Assembly (NCBI GenBank): GCA_019358915.1
Contig: JAHHIM010000036.1
Span: 384,001 to 448,000 of the forward strand
DNA from: Trichormus sp. ATA11-4-KO1
GTDB taxonomy: Bacteria; Cyanobacteriota; Cyanobacteriia; Cyanobacteriales; Nostocaceae
Direction of reading: 5' to 3'
Length of the DNA: 64,000 bases
Shown here: piece after piece, positions 39,991 to 50,799 of the stretch
How positions within the stretch are numbered: position 1 is the first letter of the stretch
How the letters are laid out: each line of letters begins with the position of its first letter
The notes under the pieces: generated by a model
What the model saw: only the letters and a program-made list of their open reading frames with translations
Database searches by the model: none
Told to the model about the DNA's origin: nothing
Position numbers and translations under genes: made by a program

Positions 39991-41124
39991 ATGACAGAAA
40001 ATATTCAGACACAAGACTCTTTGAGTCTGGTTGCTATTGCCGAAAAATTCACGCTTCAAGGGAAAGTTACGGGTGTTCAAGCATTTGGTAGTGGTAATAT
40101 TAATGACACTTTTCTGGTAACTCTGGATGCTGCCGAAAAAAAACATTTTGTCCTGCAACGCATTAATACACAGGTATTTCGGCAGCCAGCATTAGTTATG
40201 CAGAATATGCGTACATTAACAGAGCATGTTGGCGATCGCCTACAACGCACCCCAGTAAATCGTCGCTGGGAAATTCCCCGCGTGTTATTAACTAAGGATG
40301 CTCAAGATTACTGGCAGGATCAGGCTGGCTCATTCTGGCGGGCAATCAGCTTTATTGCAGGTTCCCAGTCCTTCGACACTCTGCAAGATAACTCACGCGC
40401 CCCGGAAATCGGCTATGCCTTGGGGATGTTCCATAATTTGATCAGCGACCTCCCCCCGGAAAAACTCGCTGACACCTTAGAAGGGTTTCATATTACACCA
40501 GTTTATCTTCAGCAATATAACGAAGTTCTGACAAGAATTAACCCACCCACATCTCCAGAAGTTAATTATTGCTTACAGTTTGTTAGCGATCGCACCACCT
40601 TTGCCCAGGTTCTAGAAAATGCCAAAGCTATAGGTGACTTGCCGTTGCGCCTGATGCACGGCGACCCGAAAATTAATAATGTGATGTTTGATACGACTAC
40701 TCAAAAAGCAGTGAGTGTCATTGACCTGGACACAGTAAAGCCAGGACTAATACATTACGACATTGGCGACTGCTTGCGATCGGGCTGTAATCCGGCGGGA
40801 GAAGAAACAGAGCAATGGGAAAGCGTTTATTTTGATACTGAATTATGTCAGGGAATTCTACAGGGTTATCTCTCTGTAGCCAAGGCATTTCTGATTGAGA
40901 ATGACTATAATTACATTTACGATGCCATTCGCCTCATTGCCTTTGAGTTAGGATTGAGATTTTTTGCTGATTATTTAGCGGGGGATGTCTACTTCAAAGT
41001 CAAGCATTCAGAACATAACTTAGCAAGAGCGTTAGTTCAGTTTAAGCTGACCGAAAGTATTGAATCTCAAGAAACCAAAATTCGCAAAATTATTCAGGAC
41101 ATGAGATTAATTCGTAATTCTTAA
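39991..41124 (+). CDS. APH-fold phosphotransferase (N-acetylhexosamine kinase-like)
   Basis: GSGNINDT, LQRIN, HGDPKINN and VIDLDT. Confidence 0.8.
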   Translation: MTENIQTQDSLSLVAIAEKFTLQGKVTGVQAFGSGNINDTFLVTLDAAEKKHFVLQRINTQVFRQPALVMQNMRTLTEHVGDRLQRTPVNRRWEIPRVLLTKDAQDYWQDQAGSFWRAISFIAGSQSFDTLQDNSRAPEIGYALGMFHNLISDLPPEKLADTLEGFHITPVYLQQYNEVLTRINPPTSPEVNYCLQFVSDRTTFAQVLENAKAIGDLPLRLMHGDPKINNVMFDTTTQKAVSVIDLDTVKPGLIHYDIGDCLRSGCNPAGEETEQWESVYFDTELCQGILQGYLSVAKAFLIENDYNYIYDAIRLIAFELGLRFFADYLAGDVYFKVKHSEHNLARALVQFKLTESIESQETKIRKIIQDMRLIRNS

Positions 41125-41155
41125 TTAAGCTGGATTTCTCCACTTGCAAATTGGG

Positions 41156-41695
41156 ATGATAAACCAGACATTTTCTTTACAACCGTTTTCCAATCACGAG
41201 TCTCTGCCTAATTTACAAATTACAGGCAGAATTATCAGATATGATAATCGGCTTGTGATTAAATATAAGCTGACTGGTGACTTAACAGAAGTTGCGATCG
41301 CTCCACCATCAGATACACCAGCGCGAAAGTATGAATTGTGGGAAGACACTTGTTTTGAGTTCTTTCTTAGTATCAAAGGTTCTCAACAATATTGGGAATT
41401 CAACCTTTCCCCCACCGGACATTGGAATGTCTATCGTTTTGATGGATACCGTCAAGGAATGCAAGCGGAAACAGCTTTTACTATACTTCCGTTTACTGTC
41501 GAACAGCAAACAGAGAGTTCTACACTTACTTTAGAGATCGATTTGGGTAAAATTGTTGCGGCAAACCAAGCGATTGAAGTGGCAATTACTACTGTTATTA
41601 AAGATATAAGTAGTAAAATTACTTACTGGGCGTTAACGCATCAAGGTGCAGAGGCTGACTTTCATTTACGAGATAGTTTTATTATTGAGTTGTAA
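41156..41695 (+). CDS. DOMON-like domain protein
   Basis: ELWEDTCFEFF, YWEFNLSP.GHWN.Y.FDGYR and YWAL.H...ADFH. Confidence 0.8.
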   Translation: MINQTFSLQPFSNHESLPNLQITGRIIRYDNRLVIKYKLTGDLTEVAIAPPSDTPARKYELWEDTCFEFFLSIKGSQQYWEFNLSPTGHWNVYRFDGYRQGMQAETAFTILPFTVEQQTESSTLTLEIDLGKIVAANQAIEVAITTVIKDISSKITYWALTHQGAEADFHLRDSFIIEL

Positions 41696-41754
41696 AGGCT
41701 GTCTCTCATTGGTGAGTTACACTGAAAGCAAGCTCTAGAGAAATATGCCAACCG

Positions 41755-42015
41755 ATGACACAAGCAATTCTTCATCAAATCCTGAATCAGCTTGAGGCAC
41801 TTAAACCTGAAGAATTACAGCAGCTTAATCAGGCAATCCAAAAATGTCTTGCTGCCAAAGAGACTGTTCAAAAAACCACATTTGATCAAGCACTTTTAAC
41901 ATCAGGCTTAGTCAAACAGCTTAAGGAAGCCTCTCAAACTTGGCAAACAGAACGGCGACTAATTCAGGTTCAGGGTAAGCCTGTTTCTGAGACAATAATT
42001 GAGGAACGCCGCTAG
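41755..42015 (+). CDS. putative VapB-like antitoxin
   Basis: 86 aa ending GKPVSETIIEERR, directly before a PIN-domain remnant. Confidence 0.65.
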   Translation: MTQAILHQILNQLEALKPEELQQLNQAIQKCLAAKETVQKTTFDQALLTSGLVKQLKEASQTWQTERRLIQVQGKPVSETIIEERR

Positions 42016-42105
42016 ATAGCAGTTTATTTTGTCGATAGCAGTGCTTTAGTTAAACGCTACATCAGTGAAATTGGTTCAACATGGGTTTTAAATTTATTCG
42101 ACATA
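42016..42105 (+). pseudogene. VapC/PIN toxin N-terminal remnant
   Basis: ATA start, then AVYFVDSSALVKRYISEIGSTWV; truncated after 30 codons. Confidence 0.72.
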
Positions 42106-42351
42106 ATGATACAGCTAACATTTAAGGTTCAAGCATTTTGGGATTCAGAAGCCGAAGTTTGGGTTGCAACTAGTGAAGACTTGCCGGGGTTGGTAACAGA
42201 AGCTTTTACAATGGAGTCTCTGACGAACAAGCTCCGAGAAATGATTCCTGAGATTATGATTCTCAATCGAGTCGTCCCTCCTGACTACGTGGGTTCTATC
42301 AGATTTGACTTGACCAGCCATCGACAGGAGTTGATAGAGGTAGCTTCCTAG
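42106..42351 (+). CDS. DUF1902/HicB-like antitoxin
   Basis: WDSEAEVWVATSEDLPGLVTEA. Confidence 0.8.
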   Translation: MIQLTFKVQAFWDSEAEVWVATSEDLPGLVTEAFTMESLTNKLREMIPEIMILNRVVPPDYVGSIRFDLTSHRQELIEVAS

Positions 42352-42549
42352 ATGGGTGTGTCGTTTACTCCTGAGTTGAAAAGTATTCTTTCGGAAGCTG
42401 GTTGCTACTTTGAAAGACAAGGCAGAGGAGATCATGAAATTTGGTACAGTCCTATCACAGACCGTCGTTTTGTCGTAGATGGTTCAATCAAGTCACGCCA
42501 CACAGCTAACGCAGTTTTGAAACAAGCAGGACTGCCTAAAACATTTTAA
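42352..42549 (+). CDS. HicA family toxin
   Basis: RQGRGDHEIW and HTANAVLKQAGL. Confidence 0.85.
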   Translation: MGVSFTPELKSILSEAGCYFERQGRGDHEIWYSPITDRRFVVDGSIKSRHTANAVLKQAGLPKTF

Positions 42550-42637
42550 TTTCTTTTGTTGTTTGGATGGCGATCGCCTTCATCTAGACCATACCTAAAT
42601 TTAGGTGCGTTAGCAAATGTGTAACGCACCTTTAGGG

Positions 42638-43372
42638 CTATTTTTGTAAATTACCAACATGTAAACCACACTCTTTAGCGGTGGATTCTTCCCACCACCA
42701 ACGGCCTTCGCGTTCATGCTGGTTAGGTAACACTGGTCTGGTGCAGGGTTCGCAACCAATGCTGACAAAACCGCGTTCGTGCAATTTGTTGTAAGGCACA
42801 TCTAAGGCGCGGATGTATTCCCACACCTGTGCAGAAGACCAGTTTGCTAAGGGATTGAACTTAATTAATTGATGGTCTGCGGTGGAAAAGGCAGTATCAA
42901 CTTCAATTACAGGGATATGGTTGCGGGTACTAGGACTTTGGTCTTTGCGCTGACCTGTAATCCAAGCATCGAGGGTATGCAATTTGCGACGTAATGGCTT
43001 CACTTTCCTGACACCGCAGCATTCTTGATGACCATCTTGATAGAAACTAAACAAACCCTTCGCTTCTACTAAAGTTTGGACTTCTGCTGCATCGGGGAAC
43101 ATGACTTCTAATTTAATACCATAACGTTCTCTTACCTGATCCAAAAACTGATATGTTTCTGGGTGTAAGCGTCCAGTATCGAGTGTAAAAACACGGAAGT
43201 GTTTGGTAATTTTTGAGGCAATATCAATTAAAACAACATCCTCAGCACCACTGAAGGAAATCGAAATATTGTTAAAAGTTTCCAAGGCAAATTTGAGAAT
43301 TTCCCTTGGTGTTTTTTGACTATATTCTGCTTCTAGGGCGGGAATATTTAAATTCGTTTTAGCGGCTACCAT
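42638..43372 (-). CDS. cysH: adenylylsulfate (APS/PAPS) reductase, 4Fe-4S type
   Basis: [19 protein letters not shown] and ECGLH. Confidence 0.92.
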   Translation of the reverse strand: MVAAKTNLNIPALEAEYSQKTPREILKFALETFNNISISFSGAEDVVLIDIASKITKHFRVFTLDTGRLHPETYQFLDQVRERYGIKLEVMFPDAAEVQTLVEAKGLFSFYQDGHQECCGVRKVKPLRRKLHTLDAWITGQRKDQSPSTRNHIPVIEVDTAFSTADHQLIKFNPLANWSSAQVWEYIRALDVPYNKLHERGFVSIGCEPCTRPVLPNQHEREGRWWWEESTAKECGLHVGNLQK

Positions 43373-43572
43373 GTCTTTAGTGTTCTCCTCTGGCTCACCC
43401 TGGATTCTACCAAGTTCAGATGCTTTTATCCCAATTGTGGGAAAATTGAGTTACAGAAGAGAGAAATTAAGACACATCAGGCGTTGCTGAATGAGAGTAT
43501 AAATTTACCTCACGCAGAGGAGCAGAGAATAAGAGTGAGCGATCGCCATGACCCAGCAGTAGACCCATACTG

Positions 43573-45015
43573 TCACCTGTACTCTGTTCCCTCTCTTTGA
43601 TGCTGATAATATTTGTGGGCTGCCATAGCCATTGCTAAAAATCCCCACAGAATCATCCCTGCTACACTCAGCATGGCACTATTGCCTACTAGCTGTACAC
43701 AAGAACTCAGACCAATGGCGCGGGCTGCACTGACAAAACTATCAAACCTAGCTTCTGTGTATTTACTGACAGTGATAATAATCAAGATTAACCCACCAAG
43801 ATAAGGGATAGCGCCCAACCAACCCAAGGTGAAAAACATATCTAAAATACCACTGTCAAGCACAAAGACTTCTATTTGACCAGTTTTTTCGTTGACAGTC
43901 CAAATATTTCCTAAACCATTACCTAAAACATTAGACAGGGCTAAACTGAGGTTTCTGTCATAGCTTCCCGATCTATCTCTAAAACTAGTATCTTCTTCAA
44001 GATTAGAAAAACTTTCAAAACGATCTGTAACTACATCAGAAATAGGTTCAATATTCGTCAGTGGTACAACACACATTACCATGACTAAAATTATGGTAAT
44101 TAAGCGCATTTGAATCCGGGGCTTGACCGAGCCAAAAATCATCACTACCCCTAATAACCAGCCGCCCCAACTAGTACGTACTTGCGCTAATAAAAACGAC
44201 AAGTAACCAACTACTGAAGCAGGAAAGATTAAAGCTCCCGAACTAGTAAATAATAACAGCAGACCTGTTTGCATGACAGAAGCAAAGGGGCCGGGTGAGT
44301 GTAGAGTACTCCACACGCGCATCCCAAAAGGTTCAGGATCTCCAGAACTACTAAACATTTTTGACTCTATCAACCAGTATCTATCCCATTCAGGTGCTAC
44401 CACGAATTGATATAAGCCATAAATTCCGAGAATCAATACACCCCAGAGGAATACACGTTGTATGTTCTGGCGATAGCTGGGATAATCTCGCCAGTTCATA
44501 AATAAGTGAAAAGCAAAAATGATGGGACTCAGCCAATCTAAAAAACCTCGTGCTACAGGAAGCGGTGCATTATAAATCAGACCGACTAAAAAACCATAAG
44601 ACACCCCGAAAAAAGCCAAAACAAACGGCAATCCTCCCTGACGTGTAGCGCGAGGAAAATGTCTTAAGAAAGTCGCTATAGTCACAAACACCACTAAGTA
44701 AGGTGCCACGAGCATCTGACGGGTAGGGTCCCAGCCAACTCGATAGTCAATTAAACGCGCAGCAAAGGGTGTAAGGAACCATATCCACCAGGTAAAGCCG
44801 ATGTAAAGAATGGGATGGCGCAAGTATAAAAATACAGCTACCACCAAAGCTGTGACCGGATAAACCAAGCGCAACAGCGCCGCCGCACCAGCAAAATAGC
44901 AAGTTACTGTCAGCAACACAAAGCCCAGAATTGCCAGCCAACCTTGTAGCGATCGCTGTTGGGGAAAAAAGTGTGATTCTAAAAAACTATGAAAATGTAT
45001 CTGTTTAGAAATCAT
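43573..45015 (-). CDS. Wzy/O-antigen-ligase-like membrane protein of the Hep cluster
   Basis: About 12 TM segments; RVWSTLHSPG and DSGILD; last gene of the cluster. Confidence 0.7.
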   Translation of the reverse strand: MISKQIHFHSFLESHFFPQQRSLQGWLAILGFVLLTVTCYFAGAAALLRLVYPVTALVVAVFLYLRHPILYIGFTWWIWFLTPFAARLIDYRVGWDPTRQMLVAPYLVVFVTIATFLRHFPRATRQGGLPFVLAFFGVSYGFLVGLIYNAPLPVARGFLDWLSPIIFAFHLFMNWRDYPSYRQNIQRVFLWGVLILGIYGLYQFVVAPEWDRYWLIESKMFSSSGDPEPFGMRVWSTLHSPGPFASVMQTGLLLLFTSSGALIFPASVVGYLSFLLAQVRTSWGGWLLGVVMIFGSVKPRIQMRLITIILVMVMCVVPLTNIEPISDVVTDRFESFSNLEEDTSFRDRSGSYDRNLSLALSNVLGNGLGNIWTVNEKTGQIEVFVLDSGILDMFFTLGWLGAIPYLGGLILIIITVSKYTEARFDSFVSAARAIGLSSCVQLVGNSAMLSVAGMILWGFLAMAMAAHKYYQHQREGTEYR

Positions 45016-45092
45016 GTATTGAAAATTAGGGACTAAAGATTGGAAACATAGAAATAAAACCATCTTGTAGATGCAATTCCCATTTTTAATTT

Positions 45093-46019
45093 CTAATTTT
45101 TAATTTTTAATTGTTTTTGTGCTTGCCAACGTCCACGCCAGGATGCTAATAATTTTTGACTGGCAAGTTGGCCTTCACTGGGTAATAATCTCAGCCATTG
45201 GATGCAGCCTAAATTATCTCGTGTACCCACTAATATTGCCCAGAGCCAAAATATGATACGACGTGATTTCGGTAGATGTTCTAGTAAAACTAAAGTTTCG
45301 TTATGAACTAAATTAATAAAGGCAACTTCATTAAAGTTGTGGCGCTGGTCTTCATCAAAACGTTGTGCTGGATAATGATCTACTGCTACTTGGGGATCAT
45401 AAATCATCTTCCAACCAGCTCGTTTTAATGCCAGGGTGAATGCCATTTCAAAATGTACCTGCGCTCCAGTACCACGCATCCGTTGATCAAATTGTAATTG
45501 CCCCATCGCTTGGGTACGAAAACTCATGTTTACGCCTTTGAGAACATCAACTTCGCGGGGTTTTCCTACTCCTAAATGATGATTGCCAATTACCCGGCCA
45601 AACCACTGCAATTTACCAACGATCGCCGCTTGTCCATTTTCTAGTTTGTTGCCGTAGTGTACCCAATCACGGCCACCAACACCGCCAATGCAACTATCAC
45701 TGATAAAGTGAGCAGTAATTCTTTCTAACCAATCAGGGTGGGGTGCAGCATCATCATCAGTGATGGAAAGAATATCTCCTGCTACAGGCGCTAATCCGGC
45801 GTTGAGTGCTGCTACTACTCCCGGTTGCGTTATCTTGACAGTTTGCAATGGTAGGTTTTGGGGGTGGAATTCGGCGAGAAATTGCCAAGTTTCTGCATCT
45901 GTATCCCGAACCACCACTATCACCTGATCAACAGGTTTAGTTTGCACCTGTAGCGCCAAAAGGCAGCGTGATAGATCCAGAGGACGACGATAAGTTGGGA
46001 TGAGAACTGTGTTCCTCAT
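45093..46019 (-). CDS. glycosyltransferase family 2
   Basis: VLIPTYRR and ITDDDA. Confidence 0.88.
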   Translation of the reverse strand: MRNTVLIPTYRRPLDLSRCLLALQVQTKPVDQVIVVVRDTDAETWQFLAEFHPQNLPLQTVKITQPGVVAALNAGLAPVAGDILSITDDDAAPHPDWLERITAHFISDSCIGGVGGRDWVHYGNKLENGQAAIVGKLQWFGRVIGNHHLGVGKPREVDVLKGVNMSFRTQAMGQLQFDQRMRGTGAQVHFEMAFTLALKRAGWKMIYDPQVAVDHYPAQRFDEDQRHNFNEVAFINLVHNETLVLLEHLPKSRRIIFWLWAILVGTRDNLGCIQWLRLLPSEGQLASQKLLASWRGRWQAQKQLKIKN

Positions 46020-47136
46020 GCTGAATTAACTCCTCAAATAGATCCAAATAAGTTTGCGCCATCTTCGTCCAACTATGTTGTTCTGCGACTGAGCGAGCTG
46101 CTTGACCCATTTTTTGCCGCAATAAGCGATCGCTAGCTAGTAACTGCAATGCCTGTGTTAAAGCTTCTGTATCGTCTGAGTCTGGCAAAACTATTCCCGA
46201 TTCTGGTGTTACTAAATCAGCTGCACCAGTGGAAATTGCTGTAATCACGGGTAAACCAGCAGCCATTGCTTCAATCACCACTAAGCCAAACGGCTCGTAA
46301 CGTGACGGAAAAACCAAAAAATCTACAGCTTTCATTAGTTCTGGAACATCAGACCTGAGTCCCAAAAAATGTACTCGCTCATGCAATCCCAGTGATGCTG
46401 CTAGCTGAACATAAGGACTACCTTCGGTATTTCCTGCTACCGCTAGATGTAAATCAGGAACTTGCACTAAAGCTTGCAAGACTGTATCCAAGTTCTTGCG
46501 AGTCAGTCTGATATCTCCAGCAAATAACGCAAGGGGTACATTTTCAGGCAATTGCCATTTTTGGCGTTTGCTAACCCCTGGGGAAAATTCCTGTAAATCA
46601 ACGCCATTTAAAATTACCCGGATGGACTCTGGCGATACACCTATTGCTAATAAATCTTGAACGACTTTATGAGAAACTGCCACTACTACTGGCGCTGCAC
46701 GAAAAGCTTTTTTTTCCCAATGTGCATTTAAAGCTGTATATAGCCATTGGTAAAAATCATATCCATTGAAAGTTTTAGTTTTCTGAGAAATAAATTTTAA
46801 CCAAGAACTATGAACAAAATGCACTGCATTAACATCTCCAGGAGCATTGGTAATTGCTCCATTAACTTTTATAATGTCAAGCTCATGGCGGTGTTTACGT
46901 AACCAAATTGTACTTTTAATGGCAAATATCATGTTACGGAGAAACTCCGTAGGCCAACCTTTTACTGAAATGGTAACCCAATTAACTTGGGGGCTTTGCT
47001 GTAATTCTAAAGCCACCTGACTTGCTAATAAGGTTAGGTGATGACCGCGACGAATTGCTTCTTGAGCAACTTCGTAATTTACTCGACCTTGACCATCACC
47101 TTTTTGAATTTTATGGGTAACAATGCAAAGTTTCAC
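45937..47136 (-). CDS. glycosyltransferase family 4
   Basis: FPSRYEPFGLVVIEAMAAGLPVI. Confidence 0.9.
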   Translation of the reverse strand: MKLCIVTHKIQKGDGQGRVNYEVAQEAIRRGHHLTLLASQVALELQQSPQVNWVTISVKGWPTEFLRNMIFAIKSTIWLRKHRHELDIIKVNGAITNAPGDVNAVHFVHSSWLKFISQKTKTFNGYDFYQWLYTALNAHWEKKAFRAAPVVVAVSHKVVQDLLAIGVSPESIRVILNGVDLQEFSPGVSKRQKWQLPENVPLALFAGDIRLTRKNLDTVLQALVQVPDLHLAVAGNTEGSPYVQLAASLGLHERVHFLGLRSDVPELMKAVDFLVFPSRYEPFGLVVIEAMAAGLPVITAISTGAADLVTPESGIVLPDSDDTEALTQALQLLASDRLLRQKMGQAARSVAEQHSWTKMAQTYLDLFEELIQHEEHSSHPNLSSSSGSITLPFGATGAN

Positions 47137-47336
47137 ACATCACTTCCTTATATATTCAACCTCTTGCATAAATACTTTGGTGTTGCTGATAATACTATTA
47201 AAAGGTTCGCGCAAAGAAGACCGCAAACAATACATCTATTTAGATTGTTAAATCATTCGTGTAAGAGGTCTATTCTCTGGCAGGATATAACTACTATGAC
47301 TTTACGTAGTTAAATTTGTGAAATTATTGCTTTGAT

Positions 47337-47437
47337 AGGACTTACGCAACGACTCTCTGAAACTCTCATTCCTCCGTGTTCTCAGCGTCTCTGTGGTTCG
47401 ATAAATTAAGCCTTTTGGTGATTTTTGCGTAAGTCCT
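47337..47437. mobile_element. 101-bp MITE with perfect 13-bp TIRs
   Basis: AGGACTTACGCAA ... TTGCGTAAGTCCT. Confidence 0.78.
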
Positions 47438-47444
47438 GTTTGGT

Positions 47445-48449
47445 TTATTTGGGTATTCCTAGTATAGGATTTGCTAAAAGTTTGGGAATAAAACTGAGAG
47501 TTAATGCCGCTATAGTTCGCAGATTAAATTTTTGCTGGCTCAGGGCTTGCCAAAGATGAGAACGTGCTGATATTGTTTGTTTATTTCGCAATAAACCAAT
47601 TCCTAAAGTAGTATTAGATTCTAACCATTTCTGTTGAAAGTAGGTTTGAAATTCCTGTATACGAGGATCTTGTATAAAGATTTGGTAACAGAAGATTTCA
47701 CTTTTAGCTTTGCGAATTTTGGCTTCTACATTACGACTACCACTAAGCTTAGTATCAGTTTGCTCATGGTCTCGATATCTTGTCAATTTTTCTGGATAAT
47801 AGTAAGCACCATGACCAGAGATACAGCAAAGATAAGTTAAATATAAATCCCACATGCCGCCAATTTCTGAAGGAATACTATCCCAATCAATCAAATTATT
47901 GCGAAGCACACAAGCGGCGGCGGTGGCTATACTTTTATCTATTAACCCAACTTTGTGGAAAGGTTGATGAACCCCTGGTGCTAGTTTATCTCGCTTGTAA
48001 CTTTGGCTATTTCTTTTAGTTCCGCTATCTTTAATTTTGCCATGTGCATCTATGATGTATTGGTCGCAAAAAGCGAGAATCAAATCAGAATTTGCTTCTA
48101 AGGGTGGGACAAGCTTTGCTAAAAAATCCTCATTCCACATGTCATCATCGTGGAGACTGGCAACATATTTACCACGTGCCATTTTGAAGGCGTGCATCTG
48201 ATTGGCAATCATGCCGAGATTTTGCTGTTGTCGCCAAAATCGAATGCGTGGATCTTGAAAAGATTCGACAATTGCTTGGGGATTTTCTGGACTACAGTTA
48301 TCAGAAACAATGATTTCGATATTTTGATAAGTCTGTTGCACAGCACTAGCGATCGCCTGCCGAAGATACTCCGTTCTATTATAAGTAGGAATAACAATAC
48401 TGACTAGAGGCTCGTTTACTTTGAACATATCATTAGTGATATTTTTCAT
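47445..48449 (-). CDS. glycosyltransferase family 2
   Basis: VSIVIPTYNR, VSDNCS and LHDDD. Confidence 0.9.
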   Translation of the reverse strand: MKNITNDMFKVNEPLVSIVIPTYNRTEYLRQAIASAVQQTYQNIEIIVSDNCSPENPQAIVESFQDPRIRFWRQQQNLGMIANQMHAFKMARGKYVASLHDDDMWNEDFLAKLVPPLEANSDLILAFCDQYIIDAHGKIKDSGTKRNSQSYKRDKLAPGVHQPFHKVGLIDKSIATAAACVLRNNLIDWDSIPSEIGGMWDLYLTYLCCISGHGAYYYPEKLTRYRDHEQTDTKLSGSRNVEAKIRKAKSEIFCYQIFIQDPRIQEFQTYFQQKWLESNTTLGIGLLRNKQTISARSHLWQALSQQKFNLRTIAALTLSFIPKLLANPILGIPK

Positions 48450-48513
48450 GTTTAAACATCTAGAAGTTACTCATTGATATAAAATACCTAATCAAAGGTA
48501 TATGCTGCGGCTT

Positions 48514-49542
48514 TTAAACTTGGTTTTTCGAGATTAAAGGTTTAAATAATAAGCCGACATTGCTATAAAATTGAGTAACAATAGACATAATTACATCTAA
48601 GATTTTTCTTAAATCTACATTTTTAGATGCTTTAGGTATTTTGTAATCAGGTATATCAGCGATACCTAATGATTGAGCATATTGACGGCAAGATTCCCAA
48701 TCGTATCTCCAAATATCTTCCATCCAAAATCGTCGCATTCCATACTTATGGAAATAACGCAGAACTTCAAAATCGTAGTGATAATACTTTTGTTTGATAA
48801 TCGTATGCATATCAATTCCCCGTTCTTCCCAGCCTGTAAACCACTCATCAGGAGCAGGTTCTAATTTGCCGATACTCAAGTAACAAAGTTTTGCAGAATA
48901 GCGCGATCGCCTGCCTATGGCATGACCAACTTCTAAGACATTCTCGATGACACTATATAAACGTAACTTTGAGGATTGTGCATCCAAACGAGCCAAGGCA
49001 TAGTGCATCACCTTGATGTCATGGATATGCAGCCTCGTAGCATATTCAGGCGTGGGAATTCTGATACTATGAATTGACTGTGGCCGATGTTCGGCTCCAT
49101 CATCGACATAACCAAGGGGTGTAAGAATACCAGTTCTGATACATTGATGAGTTGTGTTAAATAAATCTGGCTTTTCAAAATATAAAACTGTCCCTGGTTT
49201 TGCTTTGAGCATGGCTTGCCAGCTTGGAGTTTTGATGGCATCAGCAGCTAGTATTTCATCAGCATCTAAAGCTAAGATAATTTTATGATCTGGGATTAAA
49301 TCTCTGGCTGCCTGAATCAATAATAACTGCCGATCTGATTCATTAAATTTTTCAGATTTGTTCTCAATAAGTATAACTTTGGGATATTTTTTACAAATAG
49401 CCTGACTGCCATCAATGGAATTTTGATCGGCAATAATTATGTGGTCGGCGAATTGACTAGTGACAGATAAAAAGCGATCTAAAATCCAGGCTTCATTTTT
49501 TACGGGAGTAATTACTACAATTTGAGGTTTCTGGCTTTCCAT
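48514..49542 (-). CDS. glycosyltransferase family 2-like
   Basis: ITPVKNEA, ADQNSIDGS and LDADE. Confidence 0.82.
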   Translation of the reverse strand: MESQKPQIVVITPVKNEAWILDRFLSVTSQFADHIIIADQNSIDGSQAICKKYPKVILIENKSEKFNESDRQLLLIQAARDLIPDHKIILALDADEILAADAIKTPSWQAMLKAKPGTVLYFEKPDLFNTTHQCIRTGILTPLGYVDDGAEHRPQSIHSIRIPTPEYATRLHIHDIKVMHYALARLDAQSSKLRLYSVIENVLEVGHAIGRRSRYSAKLCYLSIGKLEPAPDEWFTGWEERGIDMHTIIKQKYYHYDFEVLRYFHKYGMRRFWMEDIWRYDWESCRQYAQSLGIADIPDYKIPKASKNVDLRKILDVIMSIVTQFYSNVGLLFKPLISKNQV

Positions 49543-49605
49543 TGTTTATTTCTCTGCTTCAAGATGGATAAATCATGACATTTATTTGCAAATTACTGGT
49601 AAATT

Positions 49606-50730
49606 TCAAGCATGAAAATCAGCAATAGTTTTTTCGTAAATTTTTTCTAACCGTTGAATGTGAACATCAATAGTAAACTCTTGCTGAAACCAAACCTGGC
49701 CATGTTCACCCATCAATCGGCTTTTGGGAAAGTTTGTTCCTAGTTCGTTGATAGCAGCAGCTAACTGTTTGATGTTGTTGGGTGCAACTAAGATACCTGT
49801 TTCGCCATCGCGAATGTGTTCAGGAATCCCTCCTACTGCACTGGCAATTATCGGTCGATAGTGACTATAAGCTTCGAGAGTTACAAGACCGGCAGGTTCA
49901 GGCCAAAGACTAGGAAAGACTACAGCAAAGCATTGTTGATAAAGTTCTTCTAATTTGTCGCCGTTACACCAGCCATGCCAAGTAATGCGATCGCTTAACC
50001 CCATCTGATGTGCTAATTTTTCCACACTTGGCTTACTCCAACCATCTCCAGCAATGTCAAGATGAATGCGTTGGTCGGAGAGTGCCAAAGCTTTAATCAG
50101 CCATTCCAATCCTTTTTCAGGCACAATGCGACCAGCAAACAAAAGGCGCTGATTTTGATGAATAGTTGAGTTTAAAGGTTCAGGAGTATCTTTGGGAGGT
50201 TGCACACCACAGCGCAGGGTCACCACTCGTTCAGGTGATAAACCGTGACTAATGATTTGCTGCCGTACATAATCACTATTAGCAATCACCGGAATTTTCA
50301 ATTTTTTGAGTACTTCTAGAGGATGGTAAGCATTTAACCAATTCTGAATAATTTTTTGGGGTCGGCGGCTACCACATCCATCGACTAAATGTCCCCAAGC
50401 ACATCCCAGTGGATTCATCAAGCGATCGCACACTTTTTCTCGATTTGCTAAATATTTCGTGCCACTGGGACAGTAATTAGAGTTATTATGCAGGGTAAGT
50501 ATAGCCGGACATTCTTCTCGCAGATCCATGAGTATATCTGGGTCGTGAATGTGCAGCAATTGGAACTGGTGTTGATCGATATTTTTGAGACAAGATATGG
50601 TGCGATCGCTCACTCCAGGAATTTGAGAATTTACCAAAGATGCTAAATAAGTTTCAATACCGCCGCCTCCCTTGATATCAGCATGGGAGCAGTGATAAAT
50701 CATTTTTTTATCAACCAATTTATAGCCCAT
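49606..50730 (-). CDS. glycosyltransferase family 4
   Basis: AGRIVPEKG and PSLWPEPAGLVTLEA. Confidence 0.88.
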   Translation of the reverse strand: MGYKLVDKKMIYHCSHADIKGGGGIETYLASLVNSQIPGVSDRTISCLKNIDQHQFQLLHIHDPDILMDLREECPAILTLHNNSNYCPSGTKYLANREKVCDRLMNPLGCAWGHLVDGCGSRRPQKIIQNWLNAYHPLEVLKKLKIPVIANSDYVRQQIISHGLSPERVVTLRCGVQPPKDTPEPLNSTIHQNQRLLFAGRIVPEKGLEWLIKALALSDQRIHLDIAGDGWSKPSVEKLAHQMGLSDRITWHGWCNGDKLEELYQQCFAVVFPSLWPEPAGLVTLEAYSHYRPIIASAVGGIPEHIRDGETGILVAPNNIKQLAAAINELGTNFPKSRLMGEHGQVWFQQEFTIDVHIQRLEKIYEKTIADFHA

Positions 50731-50799
50731 ATATACTTTGTTTATTTGTCGCTGGAATCCTAATAGTTTTAGAAGAAATTGGTTCCTGATTGTGATTTT

